Shown here: piece by piece, positions 13,618 through 25,656 of the stretch
How positions within the stretch are numbered: the stretch's first letter is position 1
Layout: every line of letters starts with the position of its first letter
Assembly (NCBI GenBank): GCA_054600435.1
Contig: BAAIJX010000069.1
Span: 1-64,000 of the forward strand
Origin: Neophaeotheca triangularis
Lineage: Eukaryota
Direction of reading: 5' to 3'
DNA length: 64,000 nucleotides
Position numbers and translations under genes: made by a program
The notes under the pieces: generated by a model
The model's input: only the letters and a program-made list of their open reading frames with translations
Databases searched by the model: none
Told to the model about the DNA's origin: nothing

Positions 13618-14620
13618 CTACACTTTTGACTTCGTAAAGCACATAACTAGCAGTTGACATCTTTTCCCGATCCCTTGCGCTTGAAGCGAGACCAGCCTGT
13701 CATCCGTGCAAAACAGCGCTAGGCTTCCGGCTTCCTCAGTACTCATGACGAGGCAATATGGATACGAACGCTTGATCGTCGGCTCTCTGTTCCAAATCCC
13801 GGTCCTCCAGCTATTCCCATCGACTCCCATCCGCTCTGGCGTGGCCATCTGCACACTACGGGCAACCACGAGACCACTGCTCTCGGGTTGTGCGTTTTTG
13901 CTTCCGGCACTGAGCTTGCTGGCCGGCGACGCGCTCCAACCTTTCGGTCCATACACTTTGCTCCTGCTCTTAGATTCGTAACTAGCGCTCATCGACAGCT
14001 CCAACCTGCTCCGGAACTCCAACAGCACTCGCCCGATCGAAACCCCATCTAGCTTCGACTCGAAAGTCTCCGCAAGCACCGGCAAGTACCGCACGTTTCC
14101 CACGCAGTAATCCAAGAGAGCACTCGGCAACGGGCGGACGTTGAAATCCTGATACGAGCCCCCAGACCGAGGGTCGAACATGTGCACCACCTGTTGCTTT
14201 GTCTCCTTCCACTTGTTGATCTCCGCTTTCGTCTGGCCCTTCTGCAGCACCCGCTCCATGCAAGTCGCAAGCCCGGCTACCCTGTCCCTCAAGGCCCTTC
14301 TCTCGGCGAGCTCCAGGAGCTGGATATCCGTCACCCCAGCCAGGCGAACGCGGTAGTGGGCGAAAAGGGCGTCGGAGTCGTTGCGGACGTCGAGGAAGTA
14401 TTGGCTGATCTCTTGGACTTCGAGTGCGGATCGTAGAGTTTTGCCTTGCGAATTGTCGGTATCGAAAGATTGGGCGCCGAGGGTGTGGACGTCGACGAGG
14501 AAGGGTTGGTTGTGGGGGGCCGATCCAGATTTTTAGGAGGAACATGGAGCCGTGACGGGAGAAGTTGACGCCTTCGAGGCCGAGGTGGGGGAGGTCAAGA
14601 GGTCGATTAGTGGCATGATG
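13618..14620 (-). pseudogene. DnaQ-like 3'-5' exonuclease (DNA_pol_A_exo1/EXD-type), degenerate
   Basis: LEGVNFSRHG, FLVDVHTLG, YFLDVRNDSDALFAHY...VTDIQLLELA, FNVRPLP..LLDYCVGNV. Frameshift in the C-run at ~14514-14520. ExoI Asp reads Gly (GLEG) and ExoIII Asp reads Asn. Confidence 0.75.
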
Positions 14621-14826
14621 GCGACTGGTGTTGCTGTCAACTGCAGAGGAGAGTCCAGGCAACATGGATGGATGGCGGTCTCCGGCTTCGACACCGCTGC
14701 ATAAGAGGCAAGGCAATGCTGTAGTACTCGTTCCTCTGCCGGACATTCCAGCCTTTTCAAGTCTCTGGGTATCTGAAAAGCTCTCCTACTATGTGCAAAC
14801 GCTACGGCGGTTAGAGCGAACTGCCT

Positions 14827-17562
14827 TCACAGCTGCCCAGCCACTTTCAAGATATCTTTGTACCAACTCTTTTTTCCACTCTTCCCCGAAGATGACCCCG
14901 AGCCTGAAGACCGTGGTCCGCTCGAGCTAGCAGATTTCGGCTGAAGTGCTGGCTCGCTCTGCCCGTAAAGCGTGTCCTGGAAACCAAGCCCAAGCCTAGG
15001 CGATGTAGAAGAGATAAAGCTGAGAGAATGATCACGATGTTGAGATGTTCGCTCGTCCATCTGGGGGCTATGTGCGAAGCCAGGCCGTGCTGTCGAGTTC
15101 GAAGCAGTCGAGTGCTGACTTGCGCTCGCCGCAGGTGCGGATCTTGTGCTCGAGTATGAACTTTTCCTTTCGTCCCTTTGTCCAGTTGCCTCACTTGCTC
15201 TCCCCGAAGTAGCGCGAGAATCGGGGATCGGGCGGGGAATGTTTCCGGATGAGCCCACAGAATCTCTAGCATGACCGTGACTGTGGTGGTTTTGGGACGC
15301 TGGCGATGTTGCACCCAGAGACGTTTGGCCCGTGTCGAAGAGTGGTAGGGACGAAGTCAGGGACACCGATGCGCTGGCGGATTGCGTCGAAGGCCTTCGC
15401 GATGCGTTTGTTGCCACGGAACGGCTTGGTCGACGTTGGGTACTTTCCTGCTGTTTCGCTCCTCTCAGTATACCTTCTAGTGTCGCCAAATGGTCGTCTC
15501 GGTCGTCCAATACCTTCTGCAGTTGGTTGCGGAAGCGCAGGGTTTCTTCTAGAGTGTCGAAGCAAAGTGACAGGTACCTTGTCTCCCGGGTCTTAACGCA
15601 AGGCCGGTCTTCCGATGCGCAGAGAGGGAAAATATCGAAAGTGCTCGTGTTCGGCTGATGGTGGATGTCAGATCCACACATTAGGTAGCGCACTTCCAGC
15701 TTCTTTCCGCTGCTCTTCGCAATAGTAACGCTCATTTCTTTCGGGCTTTGGACAGATTCAATGCCGATTTTGGGTTCCAGCTTGACGTAGATGATGGCAA
15801 GTTGGTCGGGATCTCTACTCTCCTTGTACTTTGCAAAGACCATGATCGTAGGAGGCTCGACTTTTCTCAACTCCCACCCTTCTGAAGTGCGGGTCACGCT
15901 GCTGGCAGGCCTTGACGACACTTTACCATTGGTCTTGGAACCACTGGACATAGAGCTGAGTCGAGTTGGTAGACTGTCACATCCATTGGCGTATCCGCTT
16001 GTTGGAGAATAAGTAGCCGGTTTCCATAGCTGAACGCTCCCTGAGAAGTCAATCTTCCTCATGCTCTCAATTCGACAGCGAGCTATTTGCTGGTCATGGA
16101 GAACTTCGTAGCCGGTCAGGGCGGTCTGAACGGCGTACAAGTCTTGAGTTGAGTCGAAAGCGTACACCTTCTCCGTGACACGGGTTTTCTGCTGCAGGAC
16201 TATGGAAAGCTCAAGGCGAGGCGTCGCTTGGATGGGCAAAGCATACCGTGGTACTAGCCGGTGTTTGCAGGTATCGATGTCTTCACTAACAATGAGCTTC
16301 TCGTCCCGTCTGGAAGCGTGGACTTCTGTGCGAAAGTCCGTCGCTGACCACTTGTAGATGGTCATCGTGCGACCCTCACCTGGCGTGTTAGGCGCCAAAG
16401 AAACTCGAGCAACCTCTTCTTCGCCAGGGCGAGGCGCTTCGTGGTCGAGAAGACGGTCGGGTACAACGATAGGGGCCGGAAGCGGCCATATCCGAAAGAG
16501 GGAGGGATCTAGGTTCAAAAGCTGCTCGTCCTCGAGACGTGTGAGTACGTCGGCTCGCGCGATTGTCCTGATCTCCTGCTGAAGCCGACTGACCACTCGA
16601 ACGTAATAAAAGCCGGGCTTGGCTGCTCGGTATTCACGACCACGTTGGATGCGTTCAAGTAGCCATCGACATTTGAGAAACAGAAGGTATTGTACTTGTG
16701 GTGGCTGTTGGACGTTCTCGCTCTCTTGGAAAGCGAAGCACGCAGCAGCCAAACCTTCCGCGATGGGGATGTCTGCTTCTTCGCCTATCGGGGCATCTTG
16801 GAGCAGACTGGCTTGGAATCGCTGCTCTAATTGCTTGCTTGGAAAGTGCTCGTCCTCGGTAGCAGTGCCACCAAGACGGTGCACCGCATGCAGAATCTCC
16901 TGAGCATCGCATCTACTCTGCTCTACCAGGCCGAGGATATCATCTGCTCTGCCATCGATACTGCCGAGTAGAACAAAGTTGAGCTCGCCGAGGACGAGAA
17001 GGACCTTGTCGGTGTGAAATTTGATCCGAATGCGCAGATCAGCGATGCGTTGCTCTTGTTGCGAAAGGTAGTGCTGCAAGTTCTCGAAAGCATTGCTGCG
17101 CTTGAGAAGGAATCGTTTGTTTCGCTCCAGGAGTTCTTCACAAGCGTGCAGCGTATCGAGGAAGTCGCCTATCACCTCTCGGTCGGGCCAAGACACCTGC
17201 TGGCGGTACCGGGCATTGCAGAGCAACAAATTGAGCTTATCAAGAGTGTCCTTGAAGCCCCGAATGTCGGTTCGGAAGTCTCTGTATCTTGTGTCTACAG
17301 AATAAATAGGTTAGAATGTTAAGGTAGGTAGTTGGGTGGTCCGAGGTCAGTCGGAATTGTGGGTCTGATTCCTTGGCACTATCATATGTTACTGTGCTTC
17401 GGTCTTGTCTCGAGTACTGGAGTCGCTTCCCTGGTGAAATGAACAACAACTCACTCATTCACTCACTCACTTACCTGCTGCAAGCTCTTCTGTAAAGCAA
17501 TGGCTGTATATGAAGAAGGCGAGATTGGCTCCTGCAACAATGTCCCCTCCACCAAAATCCAT
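14827..17562 (-). CDS. Large hypothetical protein with a HeLo-like/SesA-type N-terminal helical domain and Ser-rich C-terminus
   Basis: Exon 1 (17562-17475) MDFGGGDIVAGANLAFFIYSHCFTEELAA, then intron 17295-17474 (GTAAGT..CTAAC..TAG), splicing in frame to DTRYRDFRTDIRGFKDTLDKLNLLL and the 800-aa ORF. The domain call rests on resemblance to the MSFGxGDI-type start. Confidence 0.7.
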
Positions 17563-18251
17563 CGTCGCCGCTGCAGGGCCAACCTCCTTGGCCCTTGTTG
17601 TATGCACAACTGAAAGATCTCTCGCTCAGCGCGTGATGGTGTCTCTGGCGATGGGAACCACTTTCGATACGCGTTGCTTGCAGTACGAAAGAGCGGGCCA
17701 ATGAAGCAGTCGGTCATAGAAGGAAGCAAGAAAACGTGCGACCTTTTGGGGGGTTAAAGAAGAGCCGCAGCAGCATCTGGATCGAAGGAGGCAGTGTTGC
17801 TCATTTTCATCCATGACCCAGAAAGAATTCCAAGCGAGGCTGCGCATGCGCCCCTCGTTGCCTTATTGCGAACGAAGAGGCAGGGTTGCATACCTGCGTC
17901 AGGTGGTGGCGGCTTACGCGCAGTCCCGCTTCGCTCAGCTGATCCAACACGGCGAGTAATTGGAGTGCAATTTTGCTCCAACGGAGGCACGCCACTATCA
18001 GTCACACCGCTTGAAATTTGTATGCAGGCGACGTAGTCGCCCCTGTTCGGCCGAGTGAAGGCAACCATGGCAGTGACATTTCGATGCCAAGCCAGGCTGT
18101 ACAGGACATCCTTCGGAACCTGCATGGTCGCACAAGGCTGAATCGAATTCAGGTTTTGTACCTTTCTGCGGCAACAGATATACCACGATATGATTCTCTG
18201 CAGACCCTTGAACCACGACTGACCATTTTCTTGCTGCTTCCACTACACAAA

Positions 18252-20430
18252 ATGTCGCGAAACCCCAGCGAAGCCAGCCTTCACAGGCTTCCTACCGCTG
18301 ACGATATCGATGAGCAATATCAGAGAATCGACTACTCAATTCGTGAAGACAAGAAAATAGGTAAATGGACGGTGGTAGCCTTGATCTTGAACCGGACCAT
18401 AGGGTCGGGAATATTCCTCACTCCGTAAGCACATCCTCTGCCGCTCATATCTGTCGCCGATGTGTACTAATGGCTTTCGTTGGATTGTCCAGGCACAGAG
18501 TTCTCGCAGGTACAAAATGTGTCGGCGGGGCTCTTGTTCTCTGGACGCTTGCCGCTCTCATCACGATATGTGGGCTATACGTTTGGCTCGAGTGTGGACT
18601 TTCGATGCCACAACGCACCATCAGCGACGAGATTGAACCCCGTGGTGTGCCCCGTAAGTAAAAGTCTATCCACTCGCTCAACTCAATACTAACTTGTCAT
18701 CTCCATGAAAGGTTCTGGCGGCGATAAGAACTTCTTAGAGTTCATGTTCCCCAGCTCCCGCCTTCGGCTCCCTCACATTCGAACGACATGCTCGTACTCG
18801 ATCATGTTTCTCGTCATGTACAACCTGTCGGGAAACGCCATTGGTTTTGCTCATCTGGTACAGACGGCTGCTGGCCGATACGACCCTACGGGGGATACCG
18901 CTCCACACAGGGGTGCTACAATTGGCATTGCAATTGGAACGCTCTCCGCAGTTGTCTTCTTGCACATGCTCTCGAGAAGAGGTGGCCTGATTATCAACAA
19001 TGGCTTTGCTATATTCAAGGTCGGGCTACTAGTTGCACTCATATGCCTGGGCATCGCCAAAGCAGGTGGTGCACTCGGTGGTTCCCCAGATATGGCCAGG
19101 AAAAACTTTACTCAGGAGGTCTTCAAAACTGACCAGAAAGATCCGGTGTCATGGTCCAGCTCGCTCCTCCTCTGCATGTACAGCTTCAACGGCTACGAAC
19201 AGCCATTCTACGTTCTTGCCGAGACAAAGAGTCCTCGGAAATACTTTCCTAAGTACACAGTCTTGGCCGTGGTTATCACCGCAATCTTGTTCTTGGCGGT
19301 GAACATCAGTTACCTTCTTGTCGTGGACTGGAAGACCGAAGCACTTGACCCGGATTATTTCAACAAAGATCTTTCTACGCTATTCATCGACGGTCTATTC
19401 ACGAATGATCAGGAGCGAGCAGAACGAGCGATGGCAGCCCTGTACGTGCTCCTAGACTCTTATCAGATACACTACTAACGAAAACTCCAGCATTGCCGTC
19501 TCAATCTTCGGCAACCTGTGGGTGATGACGTTCACCGCCGCTAGGGTGAAGCAGGAGATCGCCAAAGAAGGAATCCTTCCATGGTCCCTGCACATTGCCC
19601 AGTCTTACGAAACTCCTTGGGCGAAGCTCAAGCGCCATTTTGCCAGAACCCCAAAGGGCAACTTCGCCGAACAAGATGGCGAGACAGCTCCAACAGTAGC
19701 GTTTGCACTGCACTGGCTCACGTCCGTCTTGTTACTCATCGCCGTCTCCCCTGTAGAGGATACTCGCCAGTCGTATTCGATTCTGGTCTCTCTGTACTCC
19801 TATACAATGGTGCTACTACTCGGCTGCTGGGTCTCCATTGGGCTCCTCAAGATCAAACTACGCAAAAACAAATGGCATTGGCAAGAGCGTCGCCGCTACC
19901 GACCCTGGCTATCTCCCGTTCACGCAATCATCTACGGCGCCGCCACGGCCTTCATGCTTGTCACTACCTTCGTGGAACCTAGTCGTGGCTCACCGTACCA
20001 CCAGTCCGCCAGCGGAGTTCTCTGGTACATCGTACCCACCATCGGCATCACTGCGCCTTTCTGGGGCGTGTTCTGGTACTGGGGTCTGCTAATCCACGAG
20101 TGGCGGACTGGCAGGCAGCTGATGGTCTCCAGGCAGGCGTACTGGATGCAGGACCCCGATTGCCCGAGCGAGTATGTGCAGCGGGCTGAGATTATCAGGC
20201 ATGCTTGGCCGCCGGCTTTCCATGACGAGAAGCACACCGGGGCCGCACCTGTAGGCATGCTCGAGGATGCGGATGATGCTTTCGAAATGCCAGTTCAAGG
20301 TGAGTGCGCAAAATCTACACACCCAGCCGTTGCGTCGTTCTTGAGAGGCAGACTTTGGAAGGATTGTGTTTCCGCTGACATCTGTGTTTGCATGTCGGCA
20401 GGTCGGAACGGAGCTGGGTATAGGGGCTAA
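18252..20430 (+). CDS. APC-superfamily amino acid permease (Mup1/LAT-like), about 4 introns
   Basis: LILNRTIGSGIFLTP, YVWLECGLSMP, SGGDKNFLE, YSFNGYEQPFYVLAE, AARVKQEIAKEGILPWS and multiple hydrophobic segments. Introns near 18425, 18655, 19442 and 20300. Confidence 0.9.
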
Positions 20431-21107
20431 GCTTAAGATGAGACTGCAAACCCCTGAAGTGGAAAGTTGTGCACCATTGCCCAGGTGAGATTTTCAGGTC
20501 CGAGAGCTGACCAGAATGTACATGGAAGATTGGAATCGCATTCCAAAACCGTTCATCAGCGGCCTCAAGGCACTTCAAACCGTTCTGACCCAGATGTAAG
20601 GTCCCGCAGACCAGACAATTATTTTTGATCTTATACCTTTACGAAGCTCCTTTCAATGATTTACGTTTCGAAAGTACACACTCGTCCAACCACGCTTGGA
20701 AGAAATGGCGTAATTGCCACGTGTCTGTACAGCGGTAGAGCAAAGGAAAAAAGTGAAGTACCTGCAGAAGGCTCGCTTATATACAGCCGTAAATGATCTG
20801 CACTAGGATCTAGGGTGCCTGTTCGGCAAGTATGCGTTTACATGGAGTATGCCGGATACTCGAGACTTGGAAACGGCGAGGCGAGGCGAGGCGATTGCCC
20901 GCCTTTGCTCTGGACAAGATCCTGGGCGAAAGGGGTTGAGCGATTGGAAGCTATTTTCAGACGAACGACTATAAACGTGGAAAGACGAGTAGAAGTAAAG
21001 TCATGCGTGGCCTGCGGGAGACTAGCTAACACCAAACCAACACCCCCCCAAAACAACCCTTATCCATAACACTAAATCACTACCTCCATCCTACCTCCTC
21101 ACCACAT

Positions 21108-21966
21108 CTAAGCGATGAAAGCAACAGCCCTCTTAGCCGCAGAAGCAAAACTACCCCAGACGGCCGCACCAGGAATCTTATAGTCCAAAGCAGAGTAGAT
21201 GTTAACCGTAATGCCCTCGTCCTCAGGCTTGTACATTTCAGGCCCGTGGCGGCAATCGGCGCCATTGTTGCAAGGCCACTTGCCGCCGTCGCCGGAAACC
21301 TTGATGTTGATGCACATGGGGTAGTTCTGGGCGCCGCCCTCGGTGCCCGCGCTGTGGAGGGCGATGATTTCGTGGCGCAGGACGAAGTTGCCCGGGGCGA
21401 GGTCGGCCGGGACCGTGAGCGTCCAGGTGTTGTTGTTGGCGATGAGCTTGTCCGAAGCCCAGTTGCCGGGGATGGGCTCTTGTTCCAGCAGGCCCGCGCG
21501 GTCGATGGTGAAGAAGTCGAGGTTGGCTGGGGAGACGGTGCGGCAGTCGCCGTTGCAGCGGGCGAGTTGCGAGATCACGGGGCCGTGGTGGGATTCCGGC
21601 CAGTCGGTCCATTGGAGGTCGATGGGCTCGCCGGCGGTGACGGGGATGTAGGCTTGGCCGGGGGTGGCGTTTTTGTGGCAGGTGATGTCCTGGTTATCGT
21701 AGGATTCGGCGTCCACGAAGCCGTTGTCTGGGGGTCGTTAGTACGATACTCTCATGCTTGAACTTTGAGATGACCTGACCTTGGTTCTCGGCATACCAGC
21801 CAGCGGTTTGAGGGACTTGGTCCTCGGGGTAGTAAAACCAGCCAGGGCTGGTGCCAGGGTACCATTCACCGCCGCTGACGATGCCTGAGACGTAGCCGTG
21901 AGCAGAGACGGCAGGAATGGCTGCGATGGCCGCGAGGGTCGCAGCTGGGAGTGTGAAGGAGTGCAT
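21108..21966 (-). CDS. AA9 (GH61) lytic polysaccharide monooxygenase, secreted, no CBM1
   Basis: Signal peptide followed by His1 (AVSA|HGYVSGI). Intron 21728-21779. DITCHKNATPG, WPESHHGPV (second His), LRHEIIALH, GAQNYPMC (axial Tyr). Confidence 0.95.
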
Positions 21967-23535
21967 GTTGATTTATCGAAGGTTTCTTGGCAAGGTTCCG
22001 TTCAAGAGGCTGACTTTGTCTTTCTTGTCTGAACGAAGTAAACGAATGGATGAGCCGTTCAACGGTCTCTTTAACGAATGACTGAAGGTGAGGAATGTAA
22101 TGCGCAGGCTGGGCTGTGGTGAGGAGGAAGGTAGAATCGAGAGGGAGCATGACAGTTTTGTACCAAGTCCGGCCGACTACCTAAGCAGCCGTCGGACTAA
22201 TCTCAAGCCTCGAAAAGTACGATCTTCGACCGGCTTGGACCTGTCATCTCCGAGTTTGATAGCGGTAAGAAGCATCGCCGAGTCATCTATACCAAACGTA
22301 TAGATTAGGTTGCTCCATCTGCAGACGCCGATAGGGCGGTAGATCTCGCATTGGCGGCAGACGAGTCGTAGTAGCCTGGTAGGCAGTGAGATGGACATCT
22401 CAATTCCCCTCCGGCATTTTGCGCATAGAACGATCGATGAACACGATCTAGTAACCGACAGGTCTAGATACTCGAGACAAAGCTCTGGCACCGGTCGCCG
22501 TATGGCACAATGCAGCACTGGCCTTGTCGCATCTGCCGGTAAATTAGAAATAAGACGGGCTGTAAGAAGCCGTAAGCGTCAAAAAGCGGCACGAGAGGGG
22601 GCGGTCTAGGGTAGAAACCCCATCCACCGCGTCCCGAACGCCATTCATCGCTTCCAAGCTCTTCAAAGCAACGCTACCATCGCAACCCGATCCAATTCCA
22701 TCCTCAAACCACCTACCTAGGCACCCGCACCTCACAAAAACTACCCTACACTTTCACCCCCACCAATCCACACCAGTTAGTTCAAGCAACCACGCGGGCA
22801 TCCAAAAGCATGCGACCACCACCCAACCGACCGCATCAGCAACAAAACTATACCCCCATCCCTCTCAAGAGTGAAGCCAAGCCAAAAGCATCAAATAAAG
22901 AGCCCAATCTGATCATGAAACACGACGGGCAGTCCTTCGCTTGCACAGCCGTAGATTAATTCAAACCCCCACCTGCAGAGAGGAGGTGAGGTGTCGTCTT
23001 CTTAAGCGGCGGGAGTAGACGCTCCGGTCCGGTTTTACGGGAAGCTTGGCAGTGCTCGGGTGTAGGTAGGTAGAATGTACTTTAGGAAGCGAGGGTTAGG
23101 GGCGGAGAAGGAACATGGAGCACTGTTCGATTTTACACAAGAAGGACAAAACGATTGTATAGTAGAAGACTATGGCATTGGCAATGTCCGTAGTCCTAGT
23201 TGTTCTGCTTTCCTTCTCGCGGCTTAGCTTGTCCCTTTGTCTCTTTCCCGATTTCGAGAGGACGCGGCGTGGAGCTTGACTAGAGGATTTCGGTACTTCT
23301 AACAGTTGTGTTTCGAGAAACGCAGATCACATAGCAGCGGTCTGACGATAAGGTACGTCTAGCTTTGAGAAGAGAAAGGGGAATTGGAGGAAGCAAGTAG
23401 AAGACATACGAGGCTTCACAATTTCTATTCTATTCTTTGCTCCCAAGTCTCGTGGATCTGGAGACTTTGCCGAAAGGATATTTACTCTTGACAGGGTTCA
23501 CGGCTTCTTGTTCATCTTGTGCGTACTTGGCAGCT

Positions 23536-25656
23536 TTACTTGCCGTTGTTGTTGTTGCCGTTTCCTCGACCGTTTCCTCGACCGTTTCTTCCAGGAGGTC
23601 CATTGCCTCCCGGAGGTCCGTTGCCGCCAGGTGGGCCGTTGCCGCCAGGTGGGCCGTTGCCGCCGGGAGGTCCGTTACCACCTGGTGGGCCGTTACCGCC
23701 AGGAGGGCCATTGCCGCCAGGGGGGCCATTGCCTCCAGGAGGGCCATTGCCGCCAGGAGGGCCATTGCCGCTATTACCATTACCATTACCAGGAGCCGGA
23801 GCTTCATCCCCATCACCCGTCCCATTTCCACCAGCACGACAAACCCCGACTTTCCCAACACTAGGATCATGATCACTCACAACATCGTCAGCACGCACCC
23901 AACTCGAGACATGCACATGCTCAAACTCGGCGCCCTCCCACAAAGTCTCGGACAAGAACATATGATCCAGCTGTTGCGAGTTGGCGCCGAAGATATAAGT
24001 GTAGCGCTCCGACTCGGGAATGTCGGTGACGTCGTCCATGCTCCTCAGGCCGCTCTGGGCGACGAAAGAGGTCATGGGCTCGACGAAGGCGAACTCGTTG
24101 AAGTCGCCTGCGGCGATGATGGCGGCGTTGGGGTCTGCGGCTAGGAGGGTGGAGATGAAGGAGGCGGTTAGGGTGGTTTGGTTGGAGCGCTTTTGCACGC
24201 CGTTGTTGATGGGAGGGCGGGGGTCGCCTTGTAAGCTGCTGCTGCCGCCTTTGGAGGTGAAGTGCACGTTTATGGCGTAGAGGGGGCTGTTGGTGTCGAG
24301 GGTTTCGAAGGCGGCGACGAGAGGGGGCCGGCTGTTGTCGAAGGAGGGGTTGGTCGGGTCGATGAGGCCCGGGTTGTAGGAGAGGGTGTTGTCGGAGAGG
24401 AGTTCTATGGCGTCGGTGGGCCCGCTGCGGTTGGGGTTGCGGAGGCGGAGGATGGAGGGGTTGTAGAGGTAGGCATTGCGGATGTTGCCACCGGGTTGGC
24501 CGCCCCATTGGTTGTCTTCGGTGACTACGTCAATGAAGCTGTAGTTGACTGCGTTGCCGGACGCTTCGTATATGGCGGAGGTGAGGGTGGCGAGGGTGAT
24601 GTTGGCGTCGACTACACCGTCGTTTTCGGGGCCGCTGTTGTCTTGGACTTCCTGTAGGAAGACCAGGTCGGGAGTGCCGAGGTATTCGACAATTTGGCTG
24701 GCAATGTCGTCCATCATGGGTGATTCGGGGTAGAGGTTTTCCACATTGTACTGGCCAACGGTCACGCCCGAACAGTCTCCGCTTGACACGATCTGAGGTG
24801 GTGGCGGGTAGTAAGGCTCCCTACTGCCAGTGACCTCTAGAGCAGTATATGGCAGAATACGGTAGAAGCCGAATTGGTAAGTGATGATACCGGTGATCTC
24901 CGCAAGCGAGTCGCCCAATTTGATGTCTTCTGGGTTGTCGCTGCCATCGAGCGGGCTGCCGATGATAATAGCTTCAGGATTCGCATCACGGTCAGTGGCA
25001 GTAAGACCACCGCGGTTATTGTCGCCAGTAGTAGGCCACTCGCCAACGACCCAAGTATCGCCAAAGTTGTTTGGTCGCGAGATCGCTCGGGGATTGGTGA
25101 CGGTGACAAGCTCGCCACTCAGACTCTCCCAAAAGTCAAGCCCATATTCGCTCGGCTGTAGCTCAGGGTTTTCAGCAGAGACCAAGTTGAGATTGTTAGG
25201 TACGGCAAAAACATCGCCGTCATCCAAGTAGGTGAATTGCTCGGTAGGCGGGTTAAGGGTGTCCTCGCCGATGATGCGCGCCTGGATCTCATTATCGCTC
25301 GAGACGACATCGATGTTAGTCGGAGAAGTGATTTCGGTCAGATAGAGATAATCGTCATTGGATCTGTACTCTTCGACTTCACCATCCAGCGTGATGATGT
25401 CGCCGACTGTCACGTTCCCCAAGGCACCGGAGCCGAAGACATAGACCGAGTCCGAGGTGCTGTCATCGTCGTCCGGTTCGGTCGAGCGTAACCAGAAACC
25501 ATTGGGTCCTTTGGCAGTGACGATACCGCGAACGTCAGCGACTTGCTCGCCATTGTAGGGAGAGAGAAAAGCATTGCCGTTGATTTCGGCGATAGTCAGG
25601 GCGTTGGAGAGGAGAGGAATGGAGGCGAGAGCGCCTAATGAATTGAAAACCTTCAT
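23536..25656 (-). CDS. Secreted endonuclease/exonuclease/phosphatase-family nuclease with N-terminal OB-fold (ExeM/NucH-like)
   Basis: Signal peptide MKVFNSLGALASIPLLSNA, TIAEING, V.GIVTAKGPNGFWL, YNVENL, LQEVQD, NVHFTSK, AGDFN, LDHMF, VSDHDP. Gly/Asn/Pro-rich tail. Confidence 0.9.
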   Translation of the reverse strand: MKVFNSLGALASIPLLSNALTIAEINGNAFLSPYNGEQVADVRGIVTAKGPNGFWLRSTEPDDDDSTSDSVYVFGSGALGNVTVGDIITLDGEVEEYRSNDDYLYLTEITSPTNIDVVSSDNEIQARIIGEDTLNPPTEQFTYLDDGDVFAVPNNLNLVSAENPELQPSEYGLDFWESLSGELVTVTNPRAISRPNNFGDTWVVGEWPTTGDNNRGGLTATDRDANPEAIIIGSPLDGSDNPEDIKLGDSLAEITGIITYQFGFYRILPYTALEVTGSREPYYPPPPQIVSSGDCSGVTVGQYNVENLYPESPMMDDIASQIVEYLGTPDLVFLQEVQDNSGPENDGVVDANITLATLTSAIYEASGNAVNYSFIDVVTEDNQWGGQPGGNIRNAYLYNPSILRLRNPNRSGPTDAIELLSDNTLSYNPGLIDPTNPSFDNSRPPLVAAFETLDTNSPLYAINVHFTSKGGSSSLQGDPRPPINNGVQKRSNQTTLTASFISTLLAADPNAAIIAAGDFNEFAFVEPMTSFVAQSGLRSMDDVTDIPESERYTYIFGANSQQLDHMFLSETLWEGAEFEHVHVSSWVRADDVVSDHDPSVGKVGVCRAGGNGTGDGDEAPAPGNGNGNSGNGPPGGNGPPGGNGPPGGNGPPGGNGPPGGNGPPGGNGPPGGNGPPGGNGPPGGNGPPGRNGRGNGRGNGNNNNGK
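23590..23771 (-). repeat. 18-bp coding minisatellite encoding (GNGPPG) about 10 times
   Basis: Tandem units GGC/GGT AAY GGM CCN CCN GGC with synonymous variation, at the nuclease C-terminus. Confidence 0.9.

Noticed and set aside
23590..23771. Regularly spaced repeats resembling a CRISPR array
   Set aside because: Direct tandem 18-mers without spacers, inside a eukaryotic CDS, with no cas genes
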